Below are positions 24,583 to 39,000 of a stretch of 64,000 nt of DNA, piece by piece (position 1 is the first letter of the stretch; the number at the start of each line of letters is the position of its first letter). This stretch comes from Eledone cirrhosa (taxonomy: Eukaryota), in contig OZ024742.1 in the NCBI GenBank assembly GCA_964016885.1, positions 287,618,001 to 287,682,000 on the forward strand. Reading direction: 5' to 3'. The notes below the pieces were generated by a model. It was not told the origin of the DNA and did no database searches. It was given only the letters and a program-made list of their open reading frames with translations. A program made the position numbers and the translations under genes.

Positions 24583-25428
24583 ATGTGTATGTGTCTTTAT
24601 ATCCGTGTTTTTACATGTAGGTTTTGTTTTGTTTCTTTTTTCTTCCCTTTTTTACATCCTCATTTTTATGCGTGTGCATGCAAACAGGTCAATATGCGTG
24701 AGTGTAAGTATGTGTGTGTGTGTGTATGTATCGAACGTATGGATGTGTAAGTGTGCGTGTGTATATAAGCATGTATATTTTTGCGTTACTTTTGTGAGAT
24801 ATACGTGTGTGTGTATGCGTGTACCTTCTTTTCTTTAATTTTTTCTTTCTAAATTATTGTTCCATTTTTATAAATATATCGAGATTGATACTTTCCTTTA
24901 ATTATTACACTCCCTTACCTCTTTTACTTCCGCATCTAAGTGTACGTGTGTGTAGGTGTGTTTATGCGCGTGCCTTCATATGCTTATGATGTATCTATTC
25001 TGTCTGTAGATTACAGATACACAGATACATTTGCCCTAAATTATATATTTACGCACACTTTTTCACTATACGTATACATTTGTGCATACACATATATGCA
25101 CATCTGTGAGCGTATATACGTACATATACACACACCTAACTATATTTCTTGAAAGATTTTTATATATTTCATATTCTAATTCATTTGTTTATATTTTTGT
25201 TTGCTTTTCTTGATGAGACTTTCCAAGTATTTACCCATGTTTTTTATATTGCCTCGTCTGACGAACGAATGAAGACGTTTCTTTCGTATTCGCCTCATTC
25301 GGGAAACCTCTGGTAATGAGGTAATTATATTGTATTGATTTTTATACATTAAATTTTGCTCTGGTACTTACATAGAGCACTCTTCACTTCTATGACCTTT
25401 TCTGTTTTCAACGGAAATTTCAATACTT
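24275..25428 (+). mobile_element. Inverted partial pseudo-LTR, copy 3, joined to the truncation point
   Basis: It begins at CTAGATATTTT, shared with the EN strand. There is an internal mini-palindrome at ~24420-24545. Confidence 0.85.
25248..25325 (+). ncRNA. Type I hammerhead ribozyme
   Basis: As 22456-22523 but with a 10-nt longer loop II. Confidence 0.8.
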
Positions 25429-25441
25429 ATATATATATATG

Positions 25442-25524
<83 letters not shown>

Positions 25525-25525
25525 G

Positions 25526-25556
<31 letters not shown>

Positions 25557-25578
25557 TTATATATATATGTATATATAT

Positions 25579-25686
<108 letters not shown>

Positions 25687-25729
25687 ATATTTTGCCGTTC
25701 CTGGGACTTTTTGTCCTAGGAAAAGAAAA

Positions 25730-25813
25730 TGCTCTCTGATGATCTTGACTTTTCCATTGGAGGTCCCCATGGATTTCTAATGTTTTGTGAATTGAAACCG
25801 ATCGGTAAAAGCA
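25730..25813 (+). ncRNA. Type I hammerhead ribozyme candidate with long stem II
   Basis: TGCTCT-CTGATGA-[CATTGGAGG-TCC-CCAT-GGA-TTTCTAATG hairpin]-GAAA-CCGATCGG-TA-AAAGCA. The base of stem II is weak. Confidence 0.6.
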
Positions 25814-25922
25814 ACTGGAGTGGGTAAATATTTAAATTATATTTTTTTATTTATTTAAAAAAATTGTTGAATTTTGCTTGTTCTGCTTATCTCAATATAT
25901 ATATATACATATATATATATAC

Positions 25923-26016
<94 letters not shown>

Positions 26017-26021
<5 letters not shown>

Positions 26022-26211
26022 AACCAGTAAGACCCCGACAGCTGAGCTCAAGCCGTTTCGACGGCTAATTCTGAGTCCAGAATTAGCCGTCGAAACGGCT
26101 TGAGCTCAGCTGTAGGGGTCTTACTGGTTCCTATTACCCACTCTACTACCTCAAGTATTGAGTACTTTGGTGCGTTATGGTCCACCTGGTTCCTTACCAC
26201 ATTCCCTTCGT

Positions 26212-26213
<2 letters not shown>
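26017..26213 (+). mobile_element. Hairpin+tail element, copy E
   Basis: Same arms and tail, (TA)n on both sides. Confidence 0.88.
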
Positions 26214-26245
<32 letters not shown>

Positions 26246-26267
26246 CACACAGAGACTCACACAGAGA

Positions 26268-26326
<59 letters not shown>

Positions 26327-26329
<3 letters not shown>

Positions 26330-26720
26330 TTATCTGCATGATGTGGAAAATATTCCATCAACATTGCCCAGATGATGTTAGTATCACCTTTAAAGTACAT
26401 CCAAAGCTTGGACCCTGTGCTATCCGCCCACAGCAAAAATCAAACTCGCATCTCAACTACAATACGGCACAATTATTTCACCTCAATTGGCCCCGCTCTC
26501 TTTAACATTACATCAAAACACATTAAAACAGAAACAGACCCCATAAAGTTCAAGAAGTCTTTTGAAAAAATGCTTGAAGAAATCCGGGTTAAACCTCCTA
26601 CACCCGGTTATGTCTCTGTAAACAATAACTCCCTACTGGAGTGGGCCATGGTGTCCAAATCTTGACTTGAAAGACTTCGCCAGGTGGTGCTATTATGTTA
26701 GACATGGTCTGGGCCAATAC
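26327..26720 (+). mobile_element. 3' fragment of a CR1/L2-group LINE
   Basis: HPKLG...HNYFTSIGPALFN...IK...FKKSFEKML....PPTPGY....NSLLEW resembles the GP.LFN.LP..FK..LD..P..PGY..NSL C-terminus. Confidence 0.65.
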
Positions 26721-26799
26721 TAGCTGAAACCTATCAAAGTTATAATGTATGTGTATATATTTACTGCAGTACACATTTGCTATAAATATCCAAGGATAA

Positions 26800-27713
26800 G
26801 AACATTCAGTCCAGAGGACGAGTTAAGTATAATTAATTACAACAGTGACATATACAGATACTTAAGTTCCATTGAGTTATAGATCCCAAATTATTCAACC
26901 TGTTTTGAGTGCCTGCGGTACGAAGACCGAGCAGACCACAAATCAGAGTAGTACTTGGGAGATCTAGTTCACTTCAGGTTTGGGGTGGAGGCCTCTCATA
27001 CACAAAAAATTAGAATACATAGCACCCTCCTACCCCCACCATCCACCCCAATTTTACATATCAAAGTTAGCTTGGCGCAAGTAATTAGAATTGAAAAGTT
27101 ATACATTCAGGTATTAAATTCAAAAATTCTAACCATCCTAAAACTAAAAAGCCCGGCTGAGCACAAATAAATTACTACGGTCGTCTCTGCAAGGGGCCCG
27201 GGGAAATAGCCCCCTTTGTGTCTACAGTCATATGTTGTGTCCTTGGTCATGTGCCTACAGGCATATGTTGTATACTGTATGCAATATACTAAATGCGATA
27301 TCGGCAGCACGATCCAACCAGTGTACAGCCATGTCAAGGAACACTCACGTCTCCTCTTTAAAAAAAACACTTCGAAAAGTGCAAAAACACAAGTAAGGAT
27401 ATCACAGTTCCCGTGCAAACCATAGACCAGAATATCGGTGACCTCCGAATGCAGTAATCCCTTATTTTGTGTCTCACCTTTGTTCTGTCCTACACCATCT
27501 TTTGACAGCTCACAAAAACAAGATGGTGTAGGCCAGAACAAGGAGAAGCACCGAGGAGGTCACAGAATGCGTAACGAAAGAACTTTGACAAGAAACAAAT
27601 AAATAACCATCCGGTTATTAAGCTAGCCAACAGGAAATTAATAATAAATTGAAGTGAAAATCAGCAGGTGCGTGTGTTTTGTATTGGCATCATGACGCTC
27701 TCAAAGTATAACA

Positions 27714-27715
<2 letters not shown>
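26800..27715 (+). mobile_element. Highly decayed Penelope-like 3' fragment
   Basis: CLQAYVVYCMQYTKCDIGST......VKEH (GIY-YIG remnant), a decayed hammerhead-like core at 27551-27588, and the terminal CAAAGTATAACAAT motif. The 5' boundary is uncertain. Confidence 0.65.
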
Positions 27716-27774
<59 letters not shown>

Positions 27775-27806
27775 CATATACATATATATACATATATTTA
27801 AATATA

Positions 27807-27851
<45 letters not shown>

Positions 27852-28146
27852 AATGAAGTAATTCCGTCGGAAAAGTCCAGGAAAAAAGAGTGCTCTATGT
27901 AGGTATCAGAGCTTACTTCATTTATACAGCTCCAACCGGGATTGATTGAAGCATACTCTATATTACATATACGATTGGCACTTTCCAGCCCGATTAGTTG
28001 AGCACTCTACAGTTTTCAGGAATTTAACCAACATACACCATGGACCTTTACGCCAGGATTTTTTCATTCTGATGATTGAAAGCAAAATTTTTTGCTTTTA
28101 AGAAACCACTGGTAAATGAAATAATTGCCTTATGTTGTTTATTACA

Positions 28147-28204
<58 letters not shown>

Positions 28205-28577
28205 ACTTGGACAAAATATTGAAGTCGCTGTCAACTTTTTTTAACATACACTCATAATATTTATTATATGGGTGTGTCAAAACAAAATTATATAGGAAAA
28301 CATTAGAGGTCAATAAATCCATTCTATATAGAATTCCCTGTGGTCAGCATTGATCCATGTTAACCTCTAAAACAGAAACGTCAATGAAAAAGAAACGTAT
28401 TTAATAATAAATTTATTATTCTGAATGTTGACAATAATGTCATGTTTTACAGCTATGTTGTAATATATAATATATTTAACACGGTCCGGGCCTTAGTTGA
28501 CTTATGTTCATTAGCCAATATGTAAATCCAATACTGATATGTGTGTGTATGTGTGAGTGTGTGCGTGCGTGAGTGCA

Positions 28578-29270
<693 letters not shown>

Positions 29271-29275
<5 letters not shown>

Positions 29276-29442
29276 AAGTAAGACCGCGACGGCAGAGCTC
29301 AAGCCGTTTCGATGGCTATTTCTGGACTGAAATAGCCGTCGAAACGGCTTGAGCTCTGCCGTCGGGTCCTACTTTCTCCTATTACCCACTCTACTACCCT
29401 AAGTATTGAGTACTCTTGTGCGTTATGGTCCATCTGGTTCCT
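29271..29442 (+). mobile_element. Hairpin+tail element, copy F (tail truncated)
   Basis: Same arms and most of the tail. Confidence 0.85.
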
Positions 29443-29599
29443 TTATTGTTTATTTAAAGATTCACTTCTTTAACATTTTCAAATGTCAACACTTCCGGTT
29501 AGCGATCGCTTAAATAAAGATTCATATATTTTGCAGTTTATATATAATATCGTCTTTTTTTTAATGTATCATGGATTAAATTTCTGTGTATATTATCAA

Positions 29600-31503
29600 T
29601 CTCTATCTATATTAATAAAGCTGACGACCGTATGTAAAGTGAGGAGTACATTACTGGTACTTTATTATATATAATATATATAATACGACATTCCTCTCTC
29701 TTTCTTACTCTGTCTTTTTAGATAGATAGATAGCTATAACCTCGCGCGCTTATAATATATGTCTGTATGTCTGCCTGTCTGCATTGGCTTCGCTTCTAAC
29801 CAACTTTTAATTAATTATATATATATATATATATATAATTATATATTCGAGTACATATTTTCAACAGTAATACTGTACTATATATTTTCAACAGTAATAC
29901 TATACTATATATTTTCAACAGTAGTACTGTACTATATATTTTCAACAGTAGTACTGTACTATATATTTTCAACAGTAATACTATACTATATATTTTCAAC
30001 AGTAATACTGTACTACACTATATATTTTCAACAGTAATACTATACTATATATTTTCAACAGTAATACTATACTATATATTTTCAACAGTAATACTGTACT
30101 ATATATTTTCAACAGTAGTACTGTACTATATATTTTCAACAGTAATACTGTACTACACTATATATTTTCAACAGTAATACTATACTATATATTTTCAACA
30201 GTAATACTATATATTTTCAACAGTGGTACTATACTATACTATATATTTTCAACAGTAATACTATACTATATATTTTCAACAGTAATACTATACTATATAT
30301 TTTTAACAGTAATACTTATACTATATATTTTCAACAGTAATACTATACTATATATTTTCAACAGTAATACTGTACTATACTATATATTTTCAACAGTAAT
30401 ACTGTAATATACTATATATTTTCAACAATAATACTGTAGTATACTATATATTTTCAACAGTAATACTATACTATATGTTTTCAACAGTAATACTGTACTA
30501 CATATTTTCAACAGTAATACTGTACTATATATTTTCAACAGAAATACTGTACTATATATTTTCAACAGTAATAATATACTATACTATATATTTTCAACAG
30601 TAATACTGTACTGTACTATATATTTTCAACAGTAATACTATACTATACTATATATTTTCAACAGTAATACTATACTATATATTTTCAACAGTAATACCGT
30701 ACTATATATTTTCAACAGTAATACTGTACTGTACTATATATTTTCAACAGTAATACTGTACTATATATTTTCAACAGTAATACTATACTATATATTTTCA
30801 ACAGTAATACTGTACTATATATTTTCAACAGTAATACCGTACTATATATTTTTAACAGTAATACTGTACTGTACAATATATTTTCAACAGTAATACTGTA
30901 CTATATATTTTCAACAGTAATACTATACTATATATTTTCAACAGTAATACTGTACTATATATTTTCAACAGTAATACCGTACTATATATTTTTAACAGTA
31001 ATACTGTACTGTACAATATATTTTCAACAGTAATACTGTACTATATATTTTCAACAGTAATACTATACTATATATTTTCAACAGTAATACTGTACTATAT
31101 ATTTTCAACAGTAATACCGTACTATATATTTTTAACAGTAATACTGTACTGTACAATATATTTTCAACAGTAATACTGTACTATATATTTTCAACAGTAA
31201 TACTATACTACATATTTTCAACAGTAATACTCTATACTATATATTTTCAGCAGTAATGCTATACTATACTATATATTTACAACAGTAATACTATACTATA
31301 TGTTTCCAAAAGTCATACGATAATATATTATATATTTTCAACAGTAATACTATACTATATATTTTCAACAGTAATACTATACTACACAGACGGCTTATCG
31401 TCTGTTTATCCAATCGAAGCTAGGTACGTCAGTTACATATATATATCTGGATGCTGTAGAACACGCCAATGGTAGCCGGGCGCAAGCCGGACGGGCCAGC
31501 TAG
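29600..31503 (+). mobile_element. Probable non-autonomous Helitron containing a minisatellite
   Basis: 5' A|TCTCTATCTATATTAATAAAGCTG, a (GTCT)-like tract at ~29761, and a 3' GC-rich CCGGGCGCAAGCCGG hairpin followed by CTAG|T. Confidence 0.6.
29855..31385 (+). repeat. 27-bp minisatellite (ATATTTTCAACAGTAATACTGTACTAT) with +/-5-bp variants
   Basis: Direct periodicity. Each unit holds the mini-palindrome ACAGTA-A-TACTGT. Confidence 0.95.
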
Positions 31504-31551
31504 TATATATATAATATTTAATATAGAAATGGCTTCTACAGAAATCATCAG

Positions 31552-31603
31552 GGCTTTCCTGATGACTTCTTTTGAATGAAACAGTTCTAGTTCTGTAGAA
31601 GCC
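31552..31603 (+). ncRNA. Type I hammerhead ribozyme candidate inside a small fold-back (31518-31617)
   Basis: GGCTTTC-CTGATGA-C-TTC-TTTT-GAA-T-GAAA-CAG-TTCTAGTT-CTG-TA-GAAGCC, with a GUA site. Confidence 0.65.
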
Positions 31604-32235
31604 ATTTGTATATTAAACATAATGTTAACACTCTACTAATGTATTGAGTACCTTACTTACTGTGGTTACCCTCGATAAATTGTTATACTTTGGGAGGGTC
31701 ATGCTGCCAATAAAAACACACGCACGCCTTAGGTTTTACAGCAATTTATTATAAACTCGAGACTAGTTTAGCTTATGGATATTATCCAACTATCTAGCAC
31801 GTGGGTTACCTCTGACTCTCCTGCCGGTCTTTCTAGTAATTCTTTCTTTAAACATTCTAACCATATGTCCGTCATATCAGGCCTGTGATCTCTAGATCTT
31901 TAGAGTAACGTTACTCTAAGGACCCTTCGAAGGAACCTAATTTCGACCGCTTATATTAGCGATTGCATTCTTTCGAACTTTACCGAAGATCATGACCATA
32001 GCGAAGGGTGGACACGAACACCAATCGAAGATAGCAAGTTTGACTTTTTCACCTACTTTGCTTCTTCTGATTACCAAGTGCTGAAGCTGACGCATTACTG
32101 AATCAGCTACTGCATTCTTGCAATACTTAAATACAAAATCAAAACTATCTAAGAAGCAAAAATAAGCTAAGACATCCTGGCCAGGAGGGTACCAGACTAG
32201 ATAAATGCTTCATACTGGGTCATTACAAAGTCTTT

Positions 32236-32340
32236 GCGTGAATGTGCGTGGTTTAATGGTTAGGGTGTTCGGCTCACGATCGCGAGGTCGTAAGTTCTAT
32301 TCTAGGCAGTGCATTGTGTCCTTAAGCAAGACATTAATTT
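32236..32340 (+). mobile_element. 5' part of a tRNA-derived CORE-like SINE
   Basis: TGGTTTAATGG (A box), AGTTCTATTC (B box), and TGTGTCCTTAAGCAAGACA resembling the MIR CORE motif. Confidence 0.65.
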
Positions 32341-32344
32341 ATGT

Positions 32345-33641
32345 TGGTACACACACAGTATAACAGTGGTACAACAATTATACATGATACAACATATGGT
32401 ACACACACAGTATAACAGTGGTACAACAATTATACATGATACAACATATGGTACACACACAGTATAACAGTGGTACAACAATTATACATGGTACAACATA
32501 TGGTACACACACAGTATAACAGTGGTACAATAATTATACATAATACAACATATGGTACACACACATTATAACAGTGGTACAACAATTATACATGATACAA
32601 CATATGGTACACACACAGTATAACAGTGGTACAACAATTATACATGGTACAACATATGGTACACACACAGTATAACAGTGGTACAACAATTATACATGGT
32701 GCAACATATGGTACACACACAGCATAACAGTGGTACAACAACTATACATGGTACAACATATGGTACACACACAGTATAACAGTGGTACAACAATTATACA
32801 TGGTACAACATATGGTACACACGCAGTATAACAGTGGTACAACAATTATACATGGTACAACATATGGTACACACACAGTATAACAGTGGTACAACAATTA
32901 TACATGGTACAACATATGATACACACACAGTATAACAGTGGTACAACAATTATACATGGTACAACATATGGTACACACACAGTATAACAGTGGTACAACA
33001 ATTATACATGGTACAACATATGGTACACACACAGTATAACAGTGGTACAACAATTATACATGGTACAACATATGGTACACACACAGTATAACAGTGGTAC
33101 AACAATTATACATGGTGCAACATATGGTACACACACAGCATAACAGTGGTACAACAACTATACATGGTACAACATATGGTACACACACAGTATAACAGTG
33201 GTACAACAATTATACATGGTACAACATATGGTACACACGCAGTATAACAGTGGTACAACAATTATACATGGTACAACATATGGTACACACACAGTATAAC
33301 AGTGGTACAACAATTATACATGGTACAACATATGATACACACACAGTATAACAGTGGTACAACAATTATACATGGTACAACATATGGTACACACACAGTA
33401 TAACAGTGGTACAACAATTATACATGGTACAACATATGGTACACACACAGTATAACAGTGGTACAACAATTATACATGGTACAACATATGGTACACACAC
33501 AGTATAACAGTGGTACAACAATTATACATGGTACAACATATGGTACACACACAGTATAACAGTAGTACAACAATTATACATGGTACAACATATGGTACAC
33601 ACACAGTATAACAGTGGTACAACAATTATACATGGTACAAC
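32345..33641 (+). repeat. 52-bp minisatellite, about 25 copies
   Basis: TGGTACACACACAGTATAACAGTGGTACAACAATTATACATGGTACAACATA in tandem. Confidence 0.96.
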
Positions 33642-34141
33642 ACATCACGAACGAAGAGGTCTGCAAAAAAATCAGCCAGCACGTGAGCCACTTTCAAGAT
33701 CTGCTGACCACAGTGAAGAGGAGGAAGCTGAGGTGGTATGGTAGCTGACCACAGTGAAGAGGAGGAAGCTGAGGTGGTATGGTAGCTGACCACAGTGAAG
33801 AGGAGGAAGCTGAGGTGGTATGGTAGCTGACCACAGTGAAGAGGAGGAAGCTGAGGTGGTATGGTAGCTGACCACAGTGAAGAGGAGGAAGCTGAGGTGG
33901 TAAGTAACAAGAACGAACTCTCCAAGTCAATTGTCCAAGGAACAGTGCGAGGCAAAGAGAAGACGGGACAGACAGCGGAAGCGGGAGATAGAAAAGATGG
34001 CTGAATACAGGGTAAAGAACTTTGCCACAACTCAAGCCCTCGCCCATGACCAGCAGAGATGGAGACCGTTAGTGCAGCGTTCAACACTGCAGTGTCCCAA
34101 CGACCCCGAAAGGGATGATGATGATGATGATGATGATGAAA

Positions 34142-34176
<35 letters not shown>

Positions 34177-34186
34177 AATGATGATG
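33631..34186 (+). mobile_element. 3' end of an RTE-clade LINE with (GAT)n tail
   Basis: HITNEEV...DLLTTVKRRKLRWYG...LSKSIVQGTVRG..RRRDRQRKR...AHDQQRWR, then (GAT)n at 34114-34186. Confidence 0.85.
33703..33902 (+). repeat. 41-bp tandem repeat (5 copies) derived from RTE coding sequence
   Basis: GCTGACCACAGTGAAGAGGAGGAAGCTGAGGTGGTATGGTA, repeated five times. Confidence 0.95.
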
Positions 34187-34365
34187 GTAGAATTAATCTG
34201 GAGTAACAATAAGTGCAAGTATTTATTACATTTTAATGTGATTTATTCTTGTGATTTTTAATTCTCAACATGTTCACTTTCATTACGTATACAAACCATA
34301 CAAACGTGTGTATGTGTTTGAAATCAACTTCTCATCACTACCGACCAACCTGTTATATAAGCGTA

Positions 34366-34730
34366 TAAAGTGCACTCCCGACATTCGCGATCCCGGTTAT
34401 TCGCGGATTTTTTTCTTATAACCTAACTAATAGTTGTTCGTGGAAACCACCACATTCGCGGAATCGTAAATGCCTTCTGCGATTTTTTAATGGCTTTTTC
34501 CGTGGCAATATATATATATTTAACGCTAAATTATTAATAACAATATACGGTATTTGCTGGCTTATTGGACGCCAATTCACATAAGACGCTCCCTCTTTTT
34601 TCATTATATTTTACGTTATATTTTGACGTTTATAGACATTTTTATGGACCACGTCCAATATTTGCAGTTTTTCTCTCTTCGCGGGTGCTCTAGGAGCCTA
34701 AGCCCCGCGAATACCGGGGGACAACTGCAT
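34366..34730. mobile_element. Decayed pogo/Tigger-like MITE
   Basis: Imperfect TIRs AAGTGCACTCCCGACATTCGCG / CGCGAATACCGGGGGACAACTG, with internal ATTCGCGGA repeats. Confidence 0.5.
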
Positions 34731-35089
34731 TTCAGCTGTGGCAAAATATATTAATTTATTGATTTCTATGGCGAAAAAAAAAAGAAAATCCATGTTTAGC
34801 TGGCCTCTTATAAGTTTGTATATCAGACAGTTTCTCGGGTGTTTTATTGATAGGAATCACCAACCCTCCGGGGAAACGCCTTCTATATTCTGTCCGCCGG
34901 GGCCGCGGTGTGACCAGCACGTGGACCTCCATTTGTTCATAATAGTGAAGGATAGGGAGAGTGGTAGAGACAGAGGCAGTGACAGTGGGAGTTTGGTTCC
35001 TTTGTGTTCGGACCTGGTGTATATGTATATATTTCACACATACATTCTCATATTAACACCTCTGCTCTATGATGTAAAGCAACATGAAA

Positions 35090-35188
35090 AATGAAGCGTC
35101 TTGCTGAAGAACACAACGCATCGTCCGGTTCAGGAATTGGGCCCACGTCCTTACGACCGTGAGCGCAACACTCCAACTATTAGGTCGT
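35090..35188 (-). mobile_element. Decayed CORE-like SINE (family of 32236-32340)
   Basis: The minus strand reads GTGTTGCGCTCACGGTCGTAAGG...GCGTTGTGTTCTTCAGCAAGACGCTT. Confidence 0.55.
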
Positions 35189-35458
35189 TATACTGGTGTA
35201 CTCGATGGAATAGCTCATCGCTTTCCTCTCTTCACTACATAACTGGTCGACTTTTTCTTATTTGTGTGTCTCATCAAATAAAAGTTGGCAGAATTTGAGC
35301 CCGAATTATAAAGAGGCGTAACACCACCGCAAGCTGTGTAGTCTGGCCTTCTATCGATTCTGTTGTTCAACTGATCTCAATAGAATAACTCTCTCTCTCT
35401 CTCCCTTCCTCATACACATACGCACACACATACACACACACACACGCGCGCACGCACA

Positions 35459-35521
<63 letters not shown>

Positions 35522-35796
35522 ACGCACACGCACACGCACACGCACACGCACACACACACACAGGCACACACGTACACACAGATATGATTAAAGAAAAATA
35601 TGTTCCTAAACCACCAGGTCACTTTAACATTATATTAAAGGACAGAAAGAAATGTCATCGCTTAACTAACAGTGTGGTTTTTATCTGAGTTCAAATAGAG
35701 AGATCAAATCTGATTCCGAGGTTTGGTAAGGTACCAACAATACGCTGTTAGCATCCAAGTCGAACTGCCGAGTCAGAAGAAATCAGCATGGCTCTC

Positions 35797-35855
35797 TACT
35801 ACTACCACCACCACCACCACCACCACCACCACCACTACTACTACTACGGCTCCTG

Positions 35856-35892
<37 letters not shown>

Positions 35893-35896
35893 AACA

Positions 35897-35988
<92 letters not shown>

Positions 35989-35990
35989 AT
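35797..35990. repeat. (CCA)n/(CTA)n trinucleotide repeat
   Basis: Direct reading. Confidence 0.95.
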
Positions 35991-36077
35991 TACTAGTCGC
36001 TACCGAGTTAAAAACATCTACTGCAACTGTCATTCCTTTGACGACTTTCAATCTTTGTGTCAGACACAAACTTACAT

Positions 36078-39000
36078 ACACACACAGTATAACAGTGTAC
36101 AGACATACAGACACACATAGAGTATTACAGTGTACCAGACAGACACACACATAGTATAACAGTGTACAGATATACAGACACACACACAGTATTACAGTGT
36201 ACAGACAGACAGACACACACACAGTATAACAGTGTACAGATATACAGACACACACACAGTATTACAGTGTACAGACAGACAGACACACACACAGTATAAC
36301 AGTGTACAGACATATATACACACACACAGTATAACAGTGTACAGACATACAGACACACATAGAGTATTACAGTGTACATACAGACACACACATAGTATAA
36401 CAGTGTACAGACATACAGACACACACATAGTATTACAATGTACAGACACACACACACACACAGTATTACAGTGTAGAGACAGACACACACACACATAGTA
36501 TAACAGTGTACAGACATACAGACACACACACAGTATTACAGTGTAGAGACAGACACACACACACATAGTATAACAGTATCCAGACATACAGACACACACA
36601 CAGTATTACAGTGTACAGACACACACACACAGTATAACAATGTACAGACAGAGAGACACACAGTATTACAGTGTACAGACATACAGACACAGATAGAGTA
36701 TTACAGTGTACATACAGACACACACATAGTATAACAGTGTACAGACATACAGACACACACATAGTATTACAGTGTACAGACACACACACACACACAGTAT
36801 TACAGTGTAGAGACAGACACACACACACACATAGTATACCAGTGTACAGACATACAGACACACACAGTATTACAGTGTAGAGACAGACACACACACACAT
36901 AGTATAACAGTGTACAGACATACAGACACACACACAGTATTACAGTGTACAGACACACACACACACACAGTATTACAGTGTACAGACACACACACACAGT
37001 ATAACAATGTACAGACAGAGAGACACACAGTATTACAGTGTACAGACAGACAGACACACATAGAGTATTACAGTGTACATATAGACACACACATAGTATA
37101 ACAGTGTACAGACATACAGACACACACATAGTATTACAGTGTACAGACACACACACACACAGTATTACACTGTAGAGACAGACACACACACACACATAGT
37201 ATAACAGTGTACAGACATACAGACACACACACAGTATTACAGTGTAGAGACAGACACACATAGTATAACAGTGTACAGACATACAGACACACACACAGTA
37301 TTACAGTGTACAGACACACACACACAGTATAACAATGTACAGACAGAGAGACACACAGTATTACAATGTACAGACAGAGAGACACACAGTATTACAGTGT
37401 ACAGACATACAGACACACATAGAGTATTACAGTGTACATACAGACACACACATAGTATAACAGTGTACAGACATACAGACACACACATAGTATTACAGTG
37501 TACAGACACACACACACACACAGTATTACAATGTACAGAAATACAGACACACACATAGTATTACAGTGTACAGACACACACACACACACAGTATTACAGT
37601 GTACAGACAGACACACACACAGTATAACAGTATACAGACAGACACACACACAGTATTACAGTGTAGAGACAGACACACACACACATAGTATAACAGTGTA
37701 CAGACATACAGACACACACACAGTATTACAGTGTACAGACACACACACACAGTATAACAATGTACAGACAGAGAGACACACAGTATTACAGTGTACAGAC
37801 ATACAGACACACATAGAGTATTACAGTGTACATACAGACACACACATAGTATAACAGTGTACAGATATACAGACACACACATAGTATTACAATGTACAGA
37901 CACACACACACATACACACAGTATTACAGTGTAGAGACAGACACACACACATAGTATAACAGTGTAGAGACATACACACACACAGTATTACAGCGTACAG
38001 ACAGACACACATACACAGTATTACAGTGTACAGACAGACACATACACAGTATTACAGTGTACAGACAGACACACACACACAGTATTACATTGTACAGACA
38101 GACACACACAGATAGTATTACAGTGTACAGACAGACACATACACAGTATTACAGTGTACAGACAGACACACACACAGTACTACAGTGTACAGACAGACAC
38201 ACACAGAGTATTACAGTGTACAGACAGACACACACAGTATTACATTGTACAGACAGACACACACACAGTATAACAGTATACAGACAGACACACACACAGT
38301 ATTACAGTGTACAGACAGACACACACACAGTATTACAGTGTACAGACAGACACACGCACAGTATTACAGTGTACAGACAGACACACACACACAGTATTAC
38401 ATTGTACAGACAGACACACACACACAGTATTACAGTGTACAGACAGACACACACACAGTGTACAGACAGACACACACACAGTATTACAGTGTACAGACCG
38501 ACACACACACAGTATTACAGTGTACAGACAGACACATACACAGTATTACAGTGTACAGACAGACACAGACACAGTATAACAGTGTACAGACAGACACACA
38601 CACAGTATTACATTGTACAGACACACACACACAGTATTACAGTGTACAGACAGACACACACACAGTATTACAGTGTACAGACAGACACATACACAGTATA
38701 ACAGTGTACAGACAGAGAGACACACAGTATTACAGTGTACAGACACACACACACAGTATTACAGTGTACAGACAGACACACACACAGTATTACAGTGTAC
38801 AGACAGACACACGCACAGTATTACAGTGTACAGACAGACACACACACACAGTATTACATTGTACAGACAGACACACACACACAGTATTACAGTGTACAGA
38901 CAGGCACACACACAGTGTACAGACAGACACACACACAGTGTACAGACAGACACACACACAGTATTACAGTGTACAGACCGACACACACACAGTATTACAG

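Noticed and set aside
28069-28100. CTGATGATTGAAAGCAAAATTTTTTGCTT as a hammerhead
   Set aside because: Only 2 nt lie between the boxes, so there is no stem II, and stem I is not convincing.
35990-36010. ACTAG at the left of the giant satellite as a minus-strand Helitron 3' end
   Set aside because: There is no subterminal GC hairpin and no matching 5' TC terminus on the far side.
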